Positions 33,670 to 41,262 of a stretch of 64,000 nucleotides of DNA are shown here, piece after piece. The translations under genes and the position numbers were made by a program. Every line of letters begins with the position of its first letter. Position 1 is the stretch's first letter. The stretch covers positions 118,167-182,166 of the forward strand of contig CAZKEF010000001.1 in NCBI GenBank assembly GCA_964551735.1. The letters run 5' to 3'. The notes beneath the pieces were generated by a model. That model made no database searches and was not told the DNA's origin. It saw nothing but the letters and a program-made list of their open reading frames with translations. The stretch comes from an uncultured Anaerolineales bacterium. Lineage in GTDB: Bacteria; Chloroflexota; Anaerolineae; CG2-30-64-16.

Positions 33670-34740
33670 CTATGTCCGGTTTTCGGGTCCGATCTGAATG
33701 GCAATCTTCCCCACGATGCGGCGGCTCATCTGCAAGCGGAAGGCTTCCCGCACCCCCGCTTCGGTGAACGGTAGCGTGTGCGCCAGGGTCACTTTGAGCT
33801 GGCCCGCGGCGCAGAAACGCGCCAGGGCCGCGAGGTCGGACGCACTGTTAGGGAACCTGACCCAGAACAGCTCACGGCCTTTGGCGAACAGGTTGACGCC
33901 CAGGAAGCGCCGCGCGTGCGCCCGCACCCAGTCGTCCACCCGGCCGCCGATAAAGATGTACATGCCGTCCTCGCGCAGCAGGCGCGGCCGCGCACGGCGA
34001 ATCCGGCGCTCGTAGGCGAAACGGGCGTCCCGCGGGTCGTGCGACGAGACCGAGTCGAAGACCAGGTCGAACGGCCCGCACGCCCGCACGACCGCGGCAA
34101 AACTTGCCATGAAGTCATCCGCGTCATAGGTGATGACCTGATCGGCGCCCAGGCTCCGGACAAAGTCCGCGTTGCGCTGCCCGCACAGCGCGGTCACACA
34201 GGCGCCCTTGATCTTCGCCACCTGCACGGCCACGTGGCCCGTGCCGCCCGATGCGCCGAGCACCAGCACATGCTGGCCGGCCGCCAGCCGGTTATCCTGA
34301 AACGCTTGCAGCGCGGTCAACCCCACCAGCGGGACCACGCACCCCTCCGCGAAGGACAGATTTTCCGGCAGCAGCGCGATGGAGTCCAACGGCGCGCGTA
34401 CGTACTCTGCAAACGTGCCGGCCAGCGGCGGGATCGTGCCGAAGACCCGATCCCCCACGGCATACTGGCGCCCGGCCGGGGCCTCCACCACCACCCCGCT
34501 GAAATCAATGCCGCACACATGGGCTTCGATCTTGCGCTGCACCAGGGGCAGGAAGGCATGCGGCAGCTTATCACCATACAGGAACTTCGCGTCAACCGGA
34601 TTGACGCCGCCGCCGTACACACGACACACGACATACGGGCGGCCCGGAGCTTCTGCGGCCGCCCCATCCAGGGCCGGCCGCGGCCGCTCAACCATTTTCA
34701 CCCCTGCGGGACAATCCCGGGCGTAGACGATCGCTTTCAT
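33670..34740 (-). CDS. MDR-superfamily NAD(P)H-dependent oxidoreductase (quinone oxidoreductase/zeta-crystallin-like)
   Basis: Nucleotide-binding motif VLVLGASGGTGHVAVQVAK. AAAGGGAG RBS before ATG 34740. Confidence 0.85.
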   Translation of the reverse strand: MKAIVYARDCPAGVKMVERPRPALDGAAAEAPGRPYVVCRVYGGGVNPVDAKFLYGDKLPHAFLPLVQRKIEAHVCGIDFSGVVVEAPAGRQYAVGDRVFGTIPPLAGTFAEYVRAPLDSIALLPENLSFAEGCVVPLVGLTALQAFQDNRLAAGQHVLVLGASGGTGHVAVQVAKIKGACVTALCGQRNADFVRSLGADQVITYDADDFMASFAAVVRACGPFDLVFDSVSSHDPRDARFAYERRIRRARPRLLREDGMYIFIGGRVDDWVRAHARRFLGVNLFAKGRELFWVRFPNSASDLAALARFCAAGQLKVTLAHTLPFTEAGVREAFRLQMSRRIVGKIAIQIGPENRT

Positions 34741-34793
34741 GCCTGCTCCCTTTGTGTTCGGCAAAGATGCTGCGCCGATCGCAGCCGGTGCGC

Positions 34794-34802
34794 ATTATGC
34801 CA
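34794..34802 (-). promoter_or_regulatory. extended -10 element TGGCATAAT
   Basis: Reverse complement of ATTATGCCA, 54 nt upstream of ATG 34740. Confidence 0.35.
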
Positions 34803-34885
34803 CAGCCAGGCTCAGATAGCGAGTCCTCTGCCGGGCAGCAGCAATGCCAACACCCGGCCGGGTAGGACAATAACTGGCGGCTCTC

Positions 34886-37231
34886 TTACCTCGCAGCAGC
34901 ACTACCCTGCGCTCGCCGCAGCGCCAGCCCTACCAGAGCATAGATCGCGGCCGCAGCAGCGGCCAGGGCCGCCACGCCGGACCAGAGCAGCGCGGCCGGC
35001 ACGCTGTCTGCCATCGAATAGCGCAGCAGGTTGATCATCTGCGCGCCGGGCAGCCAGGCCAGGAACGACCGCAGCGCGGCGGGCCAGGTCGCAGGGGCCA
35101 GGAACGCGGCCGCGGTCAGACCGCCTAACCCGAGTAGCCCGCCGACGCCCCACAGGCTCAGCGCGCTTGGGTTGTCCGCCAGCACCCCCAGCAGCAAGCC
35201 CAGCGCTACGACGCAGGCGATGCCCAACAGCACGGCGGCGAGCGCGGCGCCCGGTGCGGCGACGAATGACCAGTTGAACGCCAGCAGCACTGCGGCCGCG
35301 ACCAGGCAATAGGTGAAGCCTGCCGCGGCTTTCGCGGTCACGAGTTGCCCCAGGCTGGCCGGCGAGACCAGCAGCGTGTCCAGCGTGTGCGCCTCTTTCT
35401 CTTCGATCAGCAGCAGCGGCACCAACACCAGGCCCAGCGTGGAGACCACGATCACCAACAGGAGCGCGGCCATGAACGGCTCGCCCCCCGCATCGGCCGC
35501 GGGATAGAGTACATGCGCCGGATCAGCCGGCCCCGCGCCCAGGTTGATCCGCACCGGCCGGCCCAGCGCGGCGCTTAGCTCAGCTGCGAAGAAGTCGGCC
35601 CATGCGCCGATCTTGTCCGCCGCGGCCCAGTGCGCCCGGTAGCCGGCCGCCGCGACGGCCTGATCGCCGGACAGCTCTGCCGGTATCACCAGACCGAGCC
35701 GCGCCGCGCGCGTTTGGGTCAGAGCTTGCTCCATCTCGGCGCGGGAGTCCATCAAGACCAATCGGAAATCGCTGCGACCCACCAGCTCGCGCAGCGCATT
35801 GTAGTGCAAGCTGCCGGCTTGCGCCTCATCGTAGATGACCGCAATTGGGATCGTATCTCGGAACAGCAGCCGCGGCAGCAGCGCATTGGTGCCGATCATG
35901 ATCCCGACTCCGAAGAGGATCGAGATGAACATCCGGTTGCGCAGCGCCTCCCGGATGTCTTTGGCGGCGATGGCCCCGATGATGCGGAGCGGGGCAGGGA
36001 GACCTAACCTCCCGACCCCCTTCCCTCCCAGGGAAGGGGGAGTTGTGCCCTCCTCTCCTCGCAGGGGAGGGGTCAAGGGACGGGCAGATCCACCGGCTGA
36101 AGCCTCGATACCAGATCGAGAGGTCTTCTCCCCTGCCCGATCCTGCTGGCGCACGAGCCAGGCAACGGCCGCCAGCACCACGCCGGCCCAGGCCAGCACC
36201 CATGCAAGGCCGATGAGGCCGCTCCCGGCCGGGATGGGGTCGGCGATGGCGGTGCGGAGCAGGTTGAAGACCACGACCGTCGGAATCCAGCGCATCACCT
36301 GTACGAGCATGGCCGGGATGAGCGGTTCCAGCAACGTCAGGATCACCGGGAAGAGCAACGGGACAACGAGGATGGAAGTCCAGACGGCCAATTGTCCGCG
36401 GTCTTCGATGCGCATGCCCAGCCACAGCCCGATTGCCACGAGGAACAGCGCGCCCGCCGCCGTGGCTGTGATCGCCAGCCCCCAGTGCAGGATCAGGGTG
36501 TGGTTGATCGCCAGCGCGATGGCCGCGGCGAGCAGCGTATAGAGGAGGCCGGTGAGGGCCTTGCCGATGAGCAGGTGCACAGTGCTGGCCGGCGAAACCA
36601 GCAGCACCTCCAGCGTGCGGCCCTTCTTCTCCTCCAGCATCAGGTGCGGCACCAGCACCAGCCCAACCATCACCAGCACAAAAAGCAGACTCAGCCCCAT
36701 CGTAACGCCGATCCCCCCGGAATCGGGGCGCGGGTACACGGGCGCCTGCGGCTCGATCGTCACCGGCGCGCCGGCCAGACGGCTGATCTCGGCGGCCGCG
36801 CTCGCGCGCAGAGCTGCGCCGGCTTCTTCCGACACCCAGTTCATGGTGTAACCCCGCAAGGCCGGCGGCCGGCCCTCAGCCACGGCCTGATCGAAGCCGG
36901 CCGGGATCACCAGGCCCAGCTCCGGCACGTCACCATGGGTCAGCGTCTCCTGGAGATGCGCCACCGACCGGTAACGAGTCCACACGGCGAAGGCCGGGCT
37001 GGCCTCCAGTTGCGCGACCAGGGAGGAGCCGCCCTCGTCGTAGATCAGCAGGCTGGGCGGCTCCATGCCGCCGAGCAGCCCAGGGTAGACCCGGTAGAAG
37101 ACCACCATCAGCAGCGAAGTAACAAGCAAGGCGACAATGTTCTTGTTCTTGAGCGCCTCAAGGATATCTTTGGCGGTGATGGCCCACATGATCCGCAGAT
37201 GGGCCTGCCAACGAGTTTTCATGGTGTTCAT
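34886..37231 (-). CDS. tandem-fused ABC-2 type permease (two ABC2_membrane halves)
   Basis: Both halves start with the same pattern (LRIMWAITAKDILEALKNKN / LRIIGAIAAKDIREALRNRM) and each has a large loop plus 5-6 TM segments. The linker is encoded by repeat sequence. Confidence 0.85.
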   Translation of the reverse strand: MNTMKTRWQAHLRIMWAITAKDILEALKNKNIVALLVTSLLMVVFYRVYPGLLGGMEPPSLLIYDEGGSSLVAQLEASPAFAVWTRYRSVAHLQETLTHGDVPELGLVIPAGFDQAVAEGRPPALRGYTMNWVSEEAGAALRASAAAEISRLAGAPVTIEPQAPVYPRPDSGGIGVTMGLSLLFVLVMVGLVLVPHLMLEEKKGRTLEVLLVSPASTVHLLIGKALTGLLYTLLAAAIALAINHTLILHWGLAITATAAGALFLVAIGLWLGMRIEDRGQLAVWTSILVVPLLFPVILTLLEPLIPAMLVQVMRWIPTVVVFNLLRTAIADPIPAGSGLIGLAWVLAWAGVVLAAVAWLVRQQDRAGEKTSRSGIEASAGGSARPLTPPLRGEEGTTPPSLGGKGVGRLGLPAPLRIIGAIAAKDIREALRNRMFISILFGVGIMIGTNALLPRLLFRDTIPIAVIYDEAQAGSLHYNALRELVGRSDFRLVLMDSRAEMEQALTQTRAARLGLVIPAELSGDQAVAAAGYRAHWAAADKIGAWADFFAAELSAALGRPVRINLGAGPADPAHVLYPAADAGGEPFMAALLLVIVVSTLGLVLVPLLLIEEKEAHTLDTLLVSPASLGQLVTAKAAAGFTYCLVAAAVLLAFNWSFVAAPGAALAAVLLGIACVVALGLLLGVLADNPSALSLWGVGGLLGLGGLTAAAFLAPATWPAALRSFLAWLPGAQMINLLRYSMADSVPAALLWSGVAALAAAAAAIYALVGLALRRAQGSAAAR
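35990..36135. repeat. cluster of GC-rich palindromic repeats translated as the inter-domain linker of the permease
   Basis: Perfect 10-bp stem CCCCCTTCCC (36016..36025) / GGGAAGGGGG (36031..36040). CCCTCCTCTCCTCGCAGGGGAGGGG. R1 half-copy CCGGCTGAAGCCTCGAT at 36093..36109. Confidence 0.7.
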
Positions 37232-37252
37232 GGTTCTCCCTCCATCATTCCG

Positions 37253-37312
37253 GTAGGGGCGATCCCTTGCGGTCGCCCTGGGGCAGGGGCAGGCGCGAGG
37301 CCATGCCCCTAC
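37253..37312. repeat. R4 hairpin (GTAGGGGC...GCCCCTAC) between the ATPase and permease genes
   Basis: 8-bp outer stem (37253..37260 / 37305..37312) and an inner GGCGA..TCGCC stem. The stop codon of the ATPase gene lies in the 3' arm. Confidence 0.65.
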
Positions 37313-38034
37313 AGCAATTCGCGACCGGTCAACGCGATAAAGACGTCCTCCAACGTGCCCCCGCCGTGGGTGGCTTTTAGCCCAGCGGGCGCATCCAGCG
37401 CGACGATCCGGCCCCGATCCAGGATCGCGACCCGGTTGCAGAGCTGGTCGGCCTCCTCCATGTAGTGGGTGGTCAGGAAGACCGTGATGCCCTGCCGCGC
37501 CAGGTCAGCCACCATCTGGCGGATGCCGCGCGCCATGGCGGGGTCGAGGCCACGCGTCGGCTCGTCCAGGAAGAGCACCGCCGGCCGGTGGATCAGCGCC
37601 CGGCCGATCAGCAGCCGCTGCTTCATGCCGTTGGAGTAGGCCTTCAGGCCGTCGTTTGCCCGCTCGGCCAGACCGACCTGCGCAAGCACCTCGTCCACGC
37701 GGGACTTCGGGACGCCGTAGAGGCTGGCCGCGAAGTTCAGGTTGTCGCGGGCCGAAAGGCGTTGATAGAGGTTCTGGTATTCGAACACCACCCCGATCTG
37801 CGGCTTGAGCGCGTCCCGCTCCGTCACCACATCGCAGCCCATCACCCAGGCGCGGCCCGCGCTGGGGCGCAACTGCCCGGTCAGGATCTTGATGGTGGTG
37901 GTCTTGCCCGCGCCGTTGGGGCCGAGGAAGCCGAAAACCTCCCCCGGCTCGACAGCGAAACTGATGCCTGCCAGTGCGACCAACCCATCGTAGCGTCGTT
38001 CCAACGCTTCTACTTCAATTGTCTTGCCGTTCAT
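37309..38034 (-). CDS. ABC transporter ATP-binding protein (canonical)
   Basis: Walker A GPNGAGKTT, signature YSNGMKQR, Walker B LFLDEPT and H-loop TTHYMEEA. GGAGG RBS. Confidence 0.92.
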   Translation of the reverse strand: MNGKTIEVEALERRYDGLVALAGISFAVEPGEVFGFLGPNGAGKTTTIKILTGQLRPSAGRAWVMGCDVVTERDALKPQIGVVFEYQNLYQRLSARDNLNFAASLYGVPKSRVDEVLAQVGLAERANDGLKAYSNGMKQRLLIGRALIHRPAVLFLDEPTRGLDPAMARGIRQMVADLARQGITVFLTTHYMEEADQLCNRVAILDRGRIVALDAPAGLKATHGGGTLEDVFIALTGRELL

Positions 38035-38064
38035 TGCACACCTCCGAACGTGAACTCTGCGTCC

Positions 38065-38093
38065 AGTATATGAACTCCTGCGGGCGAATGCAA
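38065..38093 (-). promoter_or_regulatory. candidate promoter TTGCAT-17-TATACT for the ATPase/permease genes
   Basis: On the minus strand, the -35 is the reverse complement of 38088..38093 and the -10 of 38065..38070. Confidence 0.5.
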
Positions 38094-38116
38094 CAGAAAC
38101 GCGTTGAACGGCGCTA

Positions 38117-38159
38117 GGGGAACGACGAATGGCGGTTTTGGCGGGTTGAATGATGAATG
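38117..38159 (-). promoter_or_regulatory. two direct repeats CATTC(A/G)TC(A/G)TTC upstream of the -35 (candidate LytTR site)
   Basis: On the minus strand, CATTCATCATTCAAC is the reverse complement of 38145..38159 and CATTCGTCGTTCCCC of 38117..38131. Start-to-start spacing is 28 nt. Confidence 0.3.
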
Positions 38160-38173
38160 CCCTTTAGCATGTT

Positions 38174-38234
38174 GGATTCGAGGCTTTCGCCGGCTGGGTG
38201 ATCAACGCGAGAAACCGGCTGAAGCCTCGATTCC
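38174..38234. repeat. R1 hairpin repeat, copy b
   Basis: GGATTCGAGGCTTTCGCCGG ... CCGGCTGAAGCCTCGATTCC. Confidence 0.7.
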
Positions 38235-38284
38235 GGAGATTTCTAAGAATCACTCCCGGCCAAATCCATCTGGTGCGACGCTTA

Positions 38285-39274
38285 TCAGTATCCCAGCAGA
38301 TCCTTCAATTCCCCCGCGGCCGATTTGCTCAGCGGGATCTCGGCGCCGGCCGCGTCATCCAGGCGGAGGCTGAAGCTGTTGCGGGTGTAGGGGATGATCT
38401 CCCGGATGTGCTGCAGGTTGACGAGATATGAACGATGGGCGCGGAAAAAGCCGCTGCGCGCCAGCCGCGCCTCAAGCTCGGCCAGCGTGAACTGGGTGGT
38501 CAGACGGCCAGAGGCTGTTTGTATGATGGCATGGCCGCCCTGCGCCTCCACGTAGCGGATGTCGGCCGGGTTGAGAAGGATCACCTTGTCCTCGGTGCGC
38601 ACGGGAATCTTGAAGGGCTGAAGTGCGGGCGTCGTGGCGTCGGGCCGGGGCGCTTCGGCCAGGCGGCCGCCGCTGATCGTGTAGATCGTATCGCACAGCG
38701 GCTCCAGATAGGCCGCGTCATCGGCCAGGATCAGCACGGCTGCGCCGGCCTCAGCCAGATCACGAATGAGGCGCCCCAGGAGCGCGATGGTCGCCTGATC
38801 GCAGCGAACGAACGGATCAGCCAGGAGCAGCGCCTGGGGCCGGTGCAGGAGCGCGCGGCCGAAGGCCAGCCGGCGGCGCGAGCCAGGGGGGAGCTTGTCC
38901 AGCCTGGCCTCCGCCTGCTCCCCCAGCCCGACCTGCGCCAGCACTTCGTCAGCGCGGCTCGAGGGGAGGCCGTGCAACTGGCAGTGCAGCGTCAGGTTCC
39001 CCCGGGGTGATCGGCGCAGATACAGCCCGTCTTCCGTGAAAAGGACGCCGACCACGCGGCTGAAGGCGGCCCGATCGGCCGGATCGCACCCGGCCAGCCG
39101 TACCGAGCCGGCCGAAGGCCGCGCCCGGCCGAGCAGCACCTCGAAAAACGCCTCAATGCCGCTGCCCGGCGGCCCGACGATCGCCGCAAGCTCGCCCGTC
39201 TCAACGCGCAGGGCCGCGACGTCGAGGATGAGCTGCTGTCCGGCAAGCACCTGGAGGTCTTTGATCTCGATCAT
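38285..39274 (-). CDS. degenerate ABC-ATPase-like domain fused to a LytTR DNA-binding domain
   Basis: N-terminal NBD fold with all catalytic motifs substituted (GPPGSGIEA, LPPGSRRRL, LLLADPF). C-terminal LytTR domain ..ILLNPADIRYVEAQGGHAIIQT..LAELEARL..GFFRAHRSYLVNLQHI.. Confidence 0.85.
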   Translation of the reverse strand: MIEIKDLQVLAGQQLILDVAALRVETGELAAIVGPPGSGIEAFFEVLLGRARPSAGSVRLAGCDPADRAAFSRVVGVLFTEDGLYLRRSPRGNLTLHCQLHGLPSSRADEVLAQVGLGEQAEARLDKLPPGSRRRLAFGRALLHRPQALLLADPFVRCDQATIALLGRLIRDLAEAGAAVLILADDAAYLEPLCDTIYTISGGRLAEAPRPDATTPALQPFKIPVRTEDKVILLNPADIRYVEAQGGHAIIQTASGRLTTQFTLAELEARLARSGFFRAHRSYLVNLQHIREIIPYTRNSFSLRLDDAAGAEIPLSKSAAGELKDLLGY

Positions 39275-39283
39275 GGCATGCTT

Positions 39284-39312
39284 ATTCTACTACGAAGGAC
39301 ATTCGGCGGCAA
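39284..39312 (-). promoter_or_regulatory. candidate promoter TTGCCG-17-TAGAAT, only 9 nt from the ATG (near-leaderless)
   Basis: On the minus strand, the -35 is the reverse complement of 39307..39312 and the -10 of 39284..39289. No Shine-Dalgarno sequence lies between the -10 and ATG 39274. Confidence 0.4.
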
Positions 39313-39384
39313 TCTCGGATCATCCACCTGTCCAACCCCCAAATCATCCGGTTGGCCGATGCCGGCGGGAAGTTCTCGTTGTAT
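39293..39384 (+). repeat. third, diverged copy of the tail element of the PIG-L duplication
   Basis: TTGGCCGATGCCGGCGGGAAGTTCTCGTTGTAT (39352..39384) matches TTGGCCGATGCCGCCGGGGAGTTTTCGTTGTAT (11220..11252, 28473..28505). Weaker similarity extends about 60 nt upstream. Confidence 0.55.
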
Positions 39385-39437
39385 CATGTTTGTTAGAGAA
39401 CAAAGGCGCGTCAGGCAAAGCAAAGATGGAGGAAAGC

Positions 39438-40151
39438 ATGACGGCTCAGCAAACATCCGGGGGCGTGGATGCTCGCCGGGCGATCACCGGCTGGCTGGTG
39501 AGGACAGTGCTGTTCGTGCCGTTCATCGGCGCGATCATCTTCTGGGCCGCGGGCACGGTTCGCTGGCTCAACGCGTGGGTCTATGTGCTGTGGTACCTGG
39601 TCGTCTCGGTGGCGGCCGTGTTCCTCAGCGATCCGGCGCTGCTGGCAGAGCGCTCCGGCGCCCGGCGGGTCAAGGGCCAGAAGGGGTGGGACAGGGCATT
39701 GCTCGGCCTTTACGGCGCGATCACCCCCCTGGTCATCCCCATCGTCGCAGGACTGGACCTCCGCCTCGGCTGGCGGCCAGAGGTGGCAGTCTGGCTCCAG
39801 GTCGCCGCGTTCGTCGTCTACGCGCTGGGTTGGGCCTTGCACCTGTGGGCCATGGCTGCGAACCGCTACCACGCGCTGGTGGTACGCATCCAGTCCGACC
39901 GCGGGCAGACGGTGGTGACGGGCGGGCCGTACCGCTTCGTGCGCCATCCCGGTTACGTGGGCGGTATCGCGATGACCGTGGCCGCAGCGCTGGTGCTCGG
40001 CTCCGTCTGGGCGCTGATCCCCGGCGTGCTGGGCGGGCTGCTGCTGATCATCCGCACGATCCTGGAGGACCGGACGTTACAGCGGGAGTTGGACGGTTAC
40101 CGCGCGTACGCGGCCCGCGTGCGCTACCGGCTGCTGCCGGGGGTGTGGTGA
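39438..40151 (+). CDS. ICMT-family (isoprenylcysteine carboxyl methyltransferase-like) membrane methyltransferase
   Basis: GGPYRFVRHPGYVGG...LEDRTLQRELDGYRAYAARVRYRLLPGVW and about 5 TM segments. Alternative start ATG 39426. Confidence 0.8.
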   Translation: MTAQQTSGGVDARRAITGWLVRTVLFVPFIGAIIFWAAGTVRWLNAWVYVLWYLVVSVAAVFLSDPALLAERSGARRVKGQKGWDRALLGLYGAITPLVIPIVAGLDLRLGWRPEVAVWLQVAAFVVYALGWALHLWAMAANRYHALVVRIQSDRGQTVVTGGPYRFVRHPGYVGGIAMTVAAALVLGSVWALIPGVLGGLLLIIRTILEDRTLQRELDGYRAYAARVRYRLLPGVW

Positions 40152-40187
40152 AAAACGGCTTTGGCCGAAAAGAGGTAGAGCAGAAAG

Positions 40188-41219
40188 ATGGATACCACTC
40201 AAGATGCGATCAAAGTCCCTGGCGCCCCGGCCATCCCGGGGCTCGTGTTTCGCCACTTCGGCGGGCCAGCCGATTTCCCGGCCATGGTTGCGGCACTCAA
40301 TGCCAGCGAGGCCGCGGATGGCGAGGAACGCGTCGTCACGGTGGAAGGGATCACGAACAACTACGCGCACCTGTCGAACAGCGACCCGGCGCACGATATG
40401 CTGATCATCGAAGTAAACGGCGAGGTGGTCGGCTATGCGCGCGTCTTTTGGTTTGACGAAACCGGCGGGCCGATCGTGTATACCCCCTTCGCCTACCTGG
40501 CCCCTGCGTGGCGACGCAAAGGCATCGGCCGTGCGACCCTGCGCTGGACGGAACACCGCCTGGCCGAGATCGCGGCCGGCCATCCCGGCGATCGAGCCAA
40601 GGTCTACCAGACCTTCGCCCTGCAGGGCGCCGCGGGCCTGACCGCACTGCTGGAACAGGAAGGCTACCGGCCGGTGCGCTATTTCTACCAGATGGTGCGG
40701 CCCGACCTGGAAGAAATCCCGGACTTCCCGCTCCCGGATGGGATCGAGGTGCGGCCGGCCCTGCCCGAGCACTATCGCGCCATTTGGGATGCCGGCAACG
40801 AAGCCTTCCGCGATCACTGGGGCTACTCGCCGCCGACCGAGGAGGACTACCAGGCCTGGCTGGGCGACAAAGCGCATTTCCAGCCCCACCTGTGGCAGAT
40901 CGCCTGGGATGTGGCCACCGACCAGGTCGCAGGCCAGGTGGGCACCTACATTGACTACGCCGAGAACGAGGAGTTCCACCGGCAGCGCGGGTGGACCGAA
41001 GGGATCAGCGTTTGCCGATCCTGGCGCCGCCGCGGCCTGGCGCGCGCGCTCATCGTCCGCAGCCTGCGCGCCCAAAAGGCGGCGGGGATGACCGAATCCG
41101 CGCTTGGCGTGGATAGCGAGAACATCAGCGGCGCTACCCGGGTCTATGAGGCCTGCGGCTTCCGCGTGATGAAGCGCAATACGGCCTATCGGAAGCTGTT
41201 GGCCGGCGGCCCGGCATGA
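40188..41219 (+). CDS. GNAT-family N-acetyltransferase with two GNAT halves (MshD-like layout)
   Basis: ..YLAPAWRRKGIGRATL.. and ..VCRSWRRRGLARALIVRSL...GATRVYEACGF. Paralogue of 1242..2270. Confidence 0.85.
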   Translation: MDTTQDAIKVPGAPAIPGLVFRHFGGPADFPAMVAALNASEAADGEERVVTVEGITNNYAHLSNSDPAHDMLIIEVNGEVVGYARVFWFDETGGPIVYTPFAYLAPAWRRKGIGRATLRWTEHRLAEIAAGHPGDRAKVYQTFALQGAAGLTALLEQEGYRPVRYFYQMVRPDLEEIPDFPLPDGIEVRPALPEHYRAIWDAGNEAFRDHWGYSPPTEEDYQAWLGDKAHFQPHLWQIAWDVATDQVAGQVGTYIDYAENEEFHRQRGWTEGISVCRSWRRRGLARALIVRSLRAQKAAGMTESALGVDSENISGATRVYEACGFRVMKRNTAYRKLLAGGPA

Positions 41220-41262
41220 CTCAGTCGTGACATTTTCAACGCGCGGCGAGACTGGGAGGAGT

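Noticed and set aside
33778-37465. Plus-strand ORFs 33778..35034 (418 aa) and 36392..37465 (357 aa); also 39278..40456 (+), 40077..41285 (-), 46350..47300 (-), 49882..51309 (-), 58504..59820 (+), 61416..62420 (+) and 62993..63940 (+)
   Set aside because: All are antisense or out of frame to genes with clear family motifs, and all have extreme Arg/Pro/Gly/His content. I treat them as non-coding.
38895-39437. The N-terminal 180 aa of ORF 38895..40151; similar long N-terminal extensions of ORFs starting at 533, 6153, 15659, 17256, 20920, 22949 and 49243, and extensions ending at 13390, 59559 and 62651
   Set aside because: Homology to the respective families begins at an internal Met or Val that has a Shine-Dalgarno motif. 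The extensions overlap neighbouring genes or run through intergenic repeats.
1242-41219. Reading the MshD-like GNATs (1242, 40188) plus the MshB-like PIG-L genes as a mycothiol/bacillithiol-type thiol pathway
   Set aside because: The defining glycosyltransferase (MshA/BshA) and cysteine ligase (MshC/BshC) are absent from the window. The two-GNAT layout and the PIG-L fold are each widespread in unrelated pathways.
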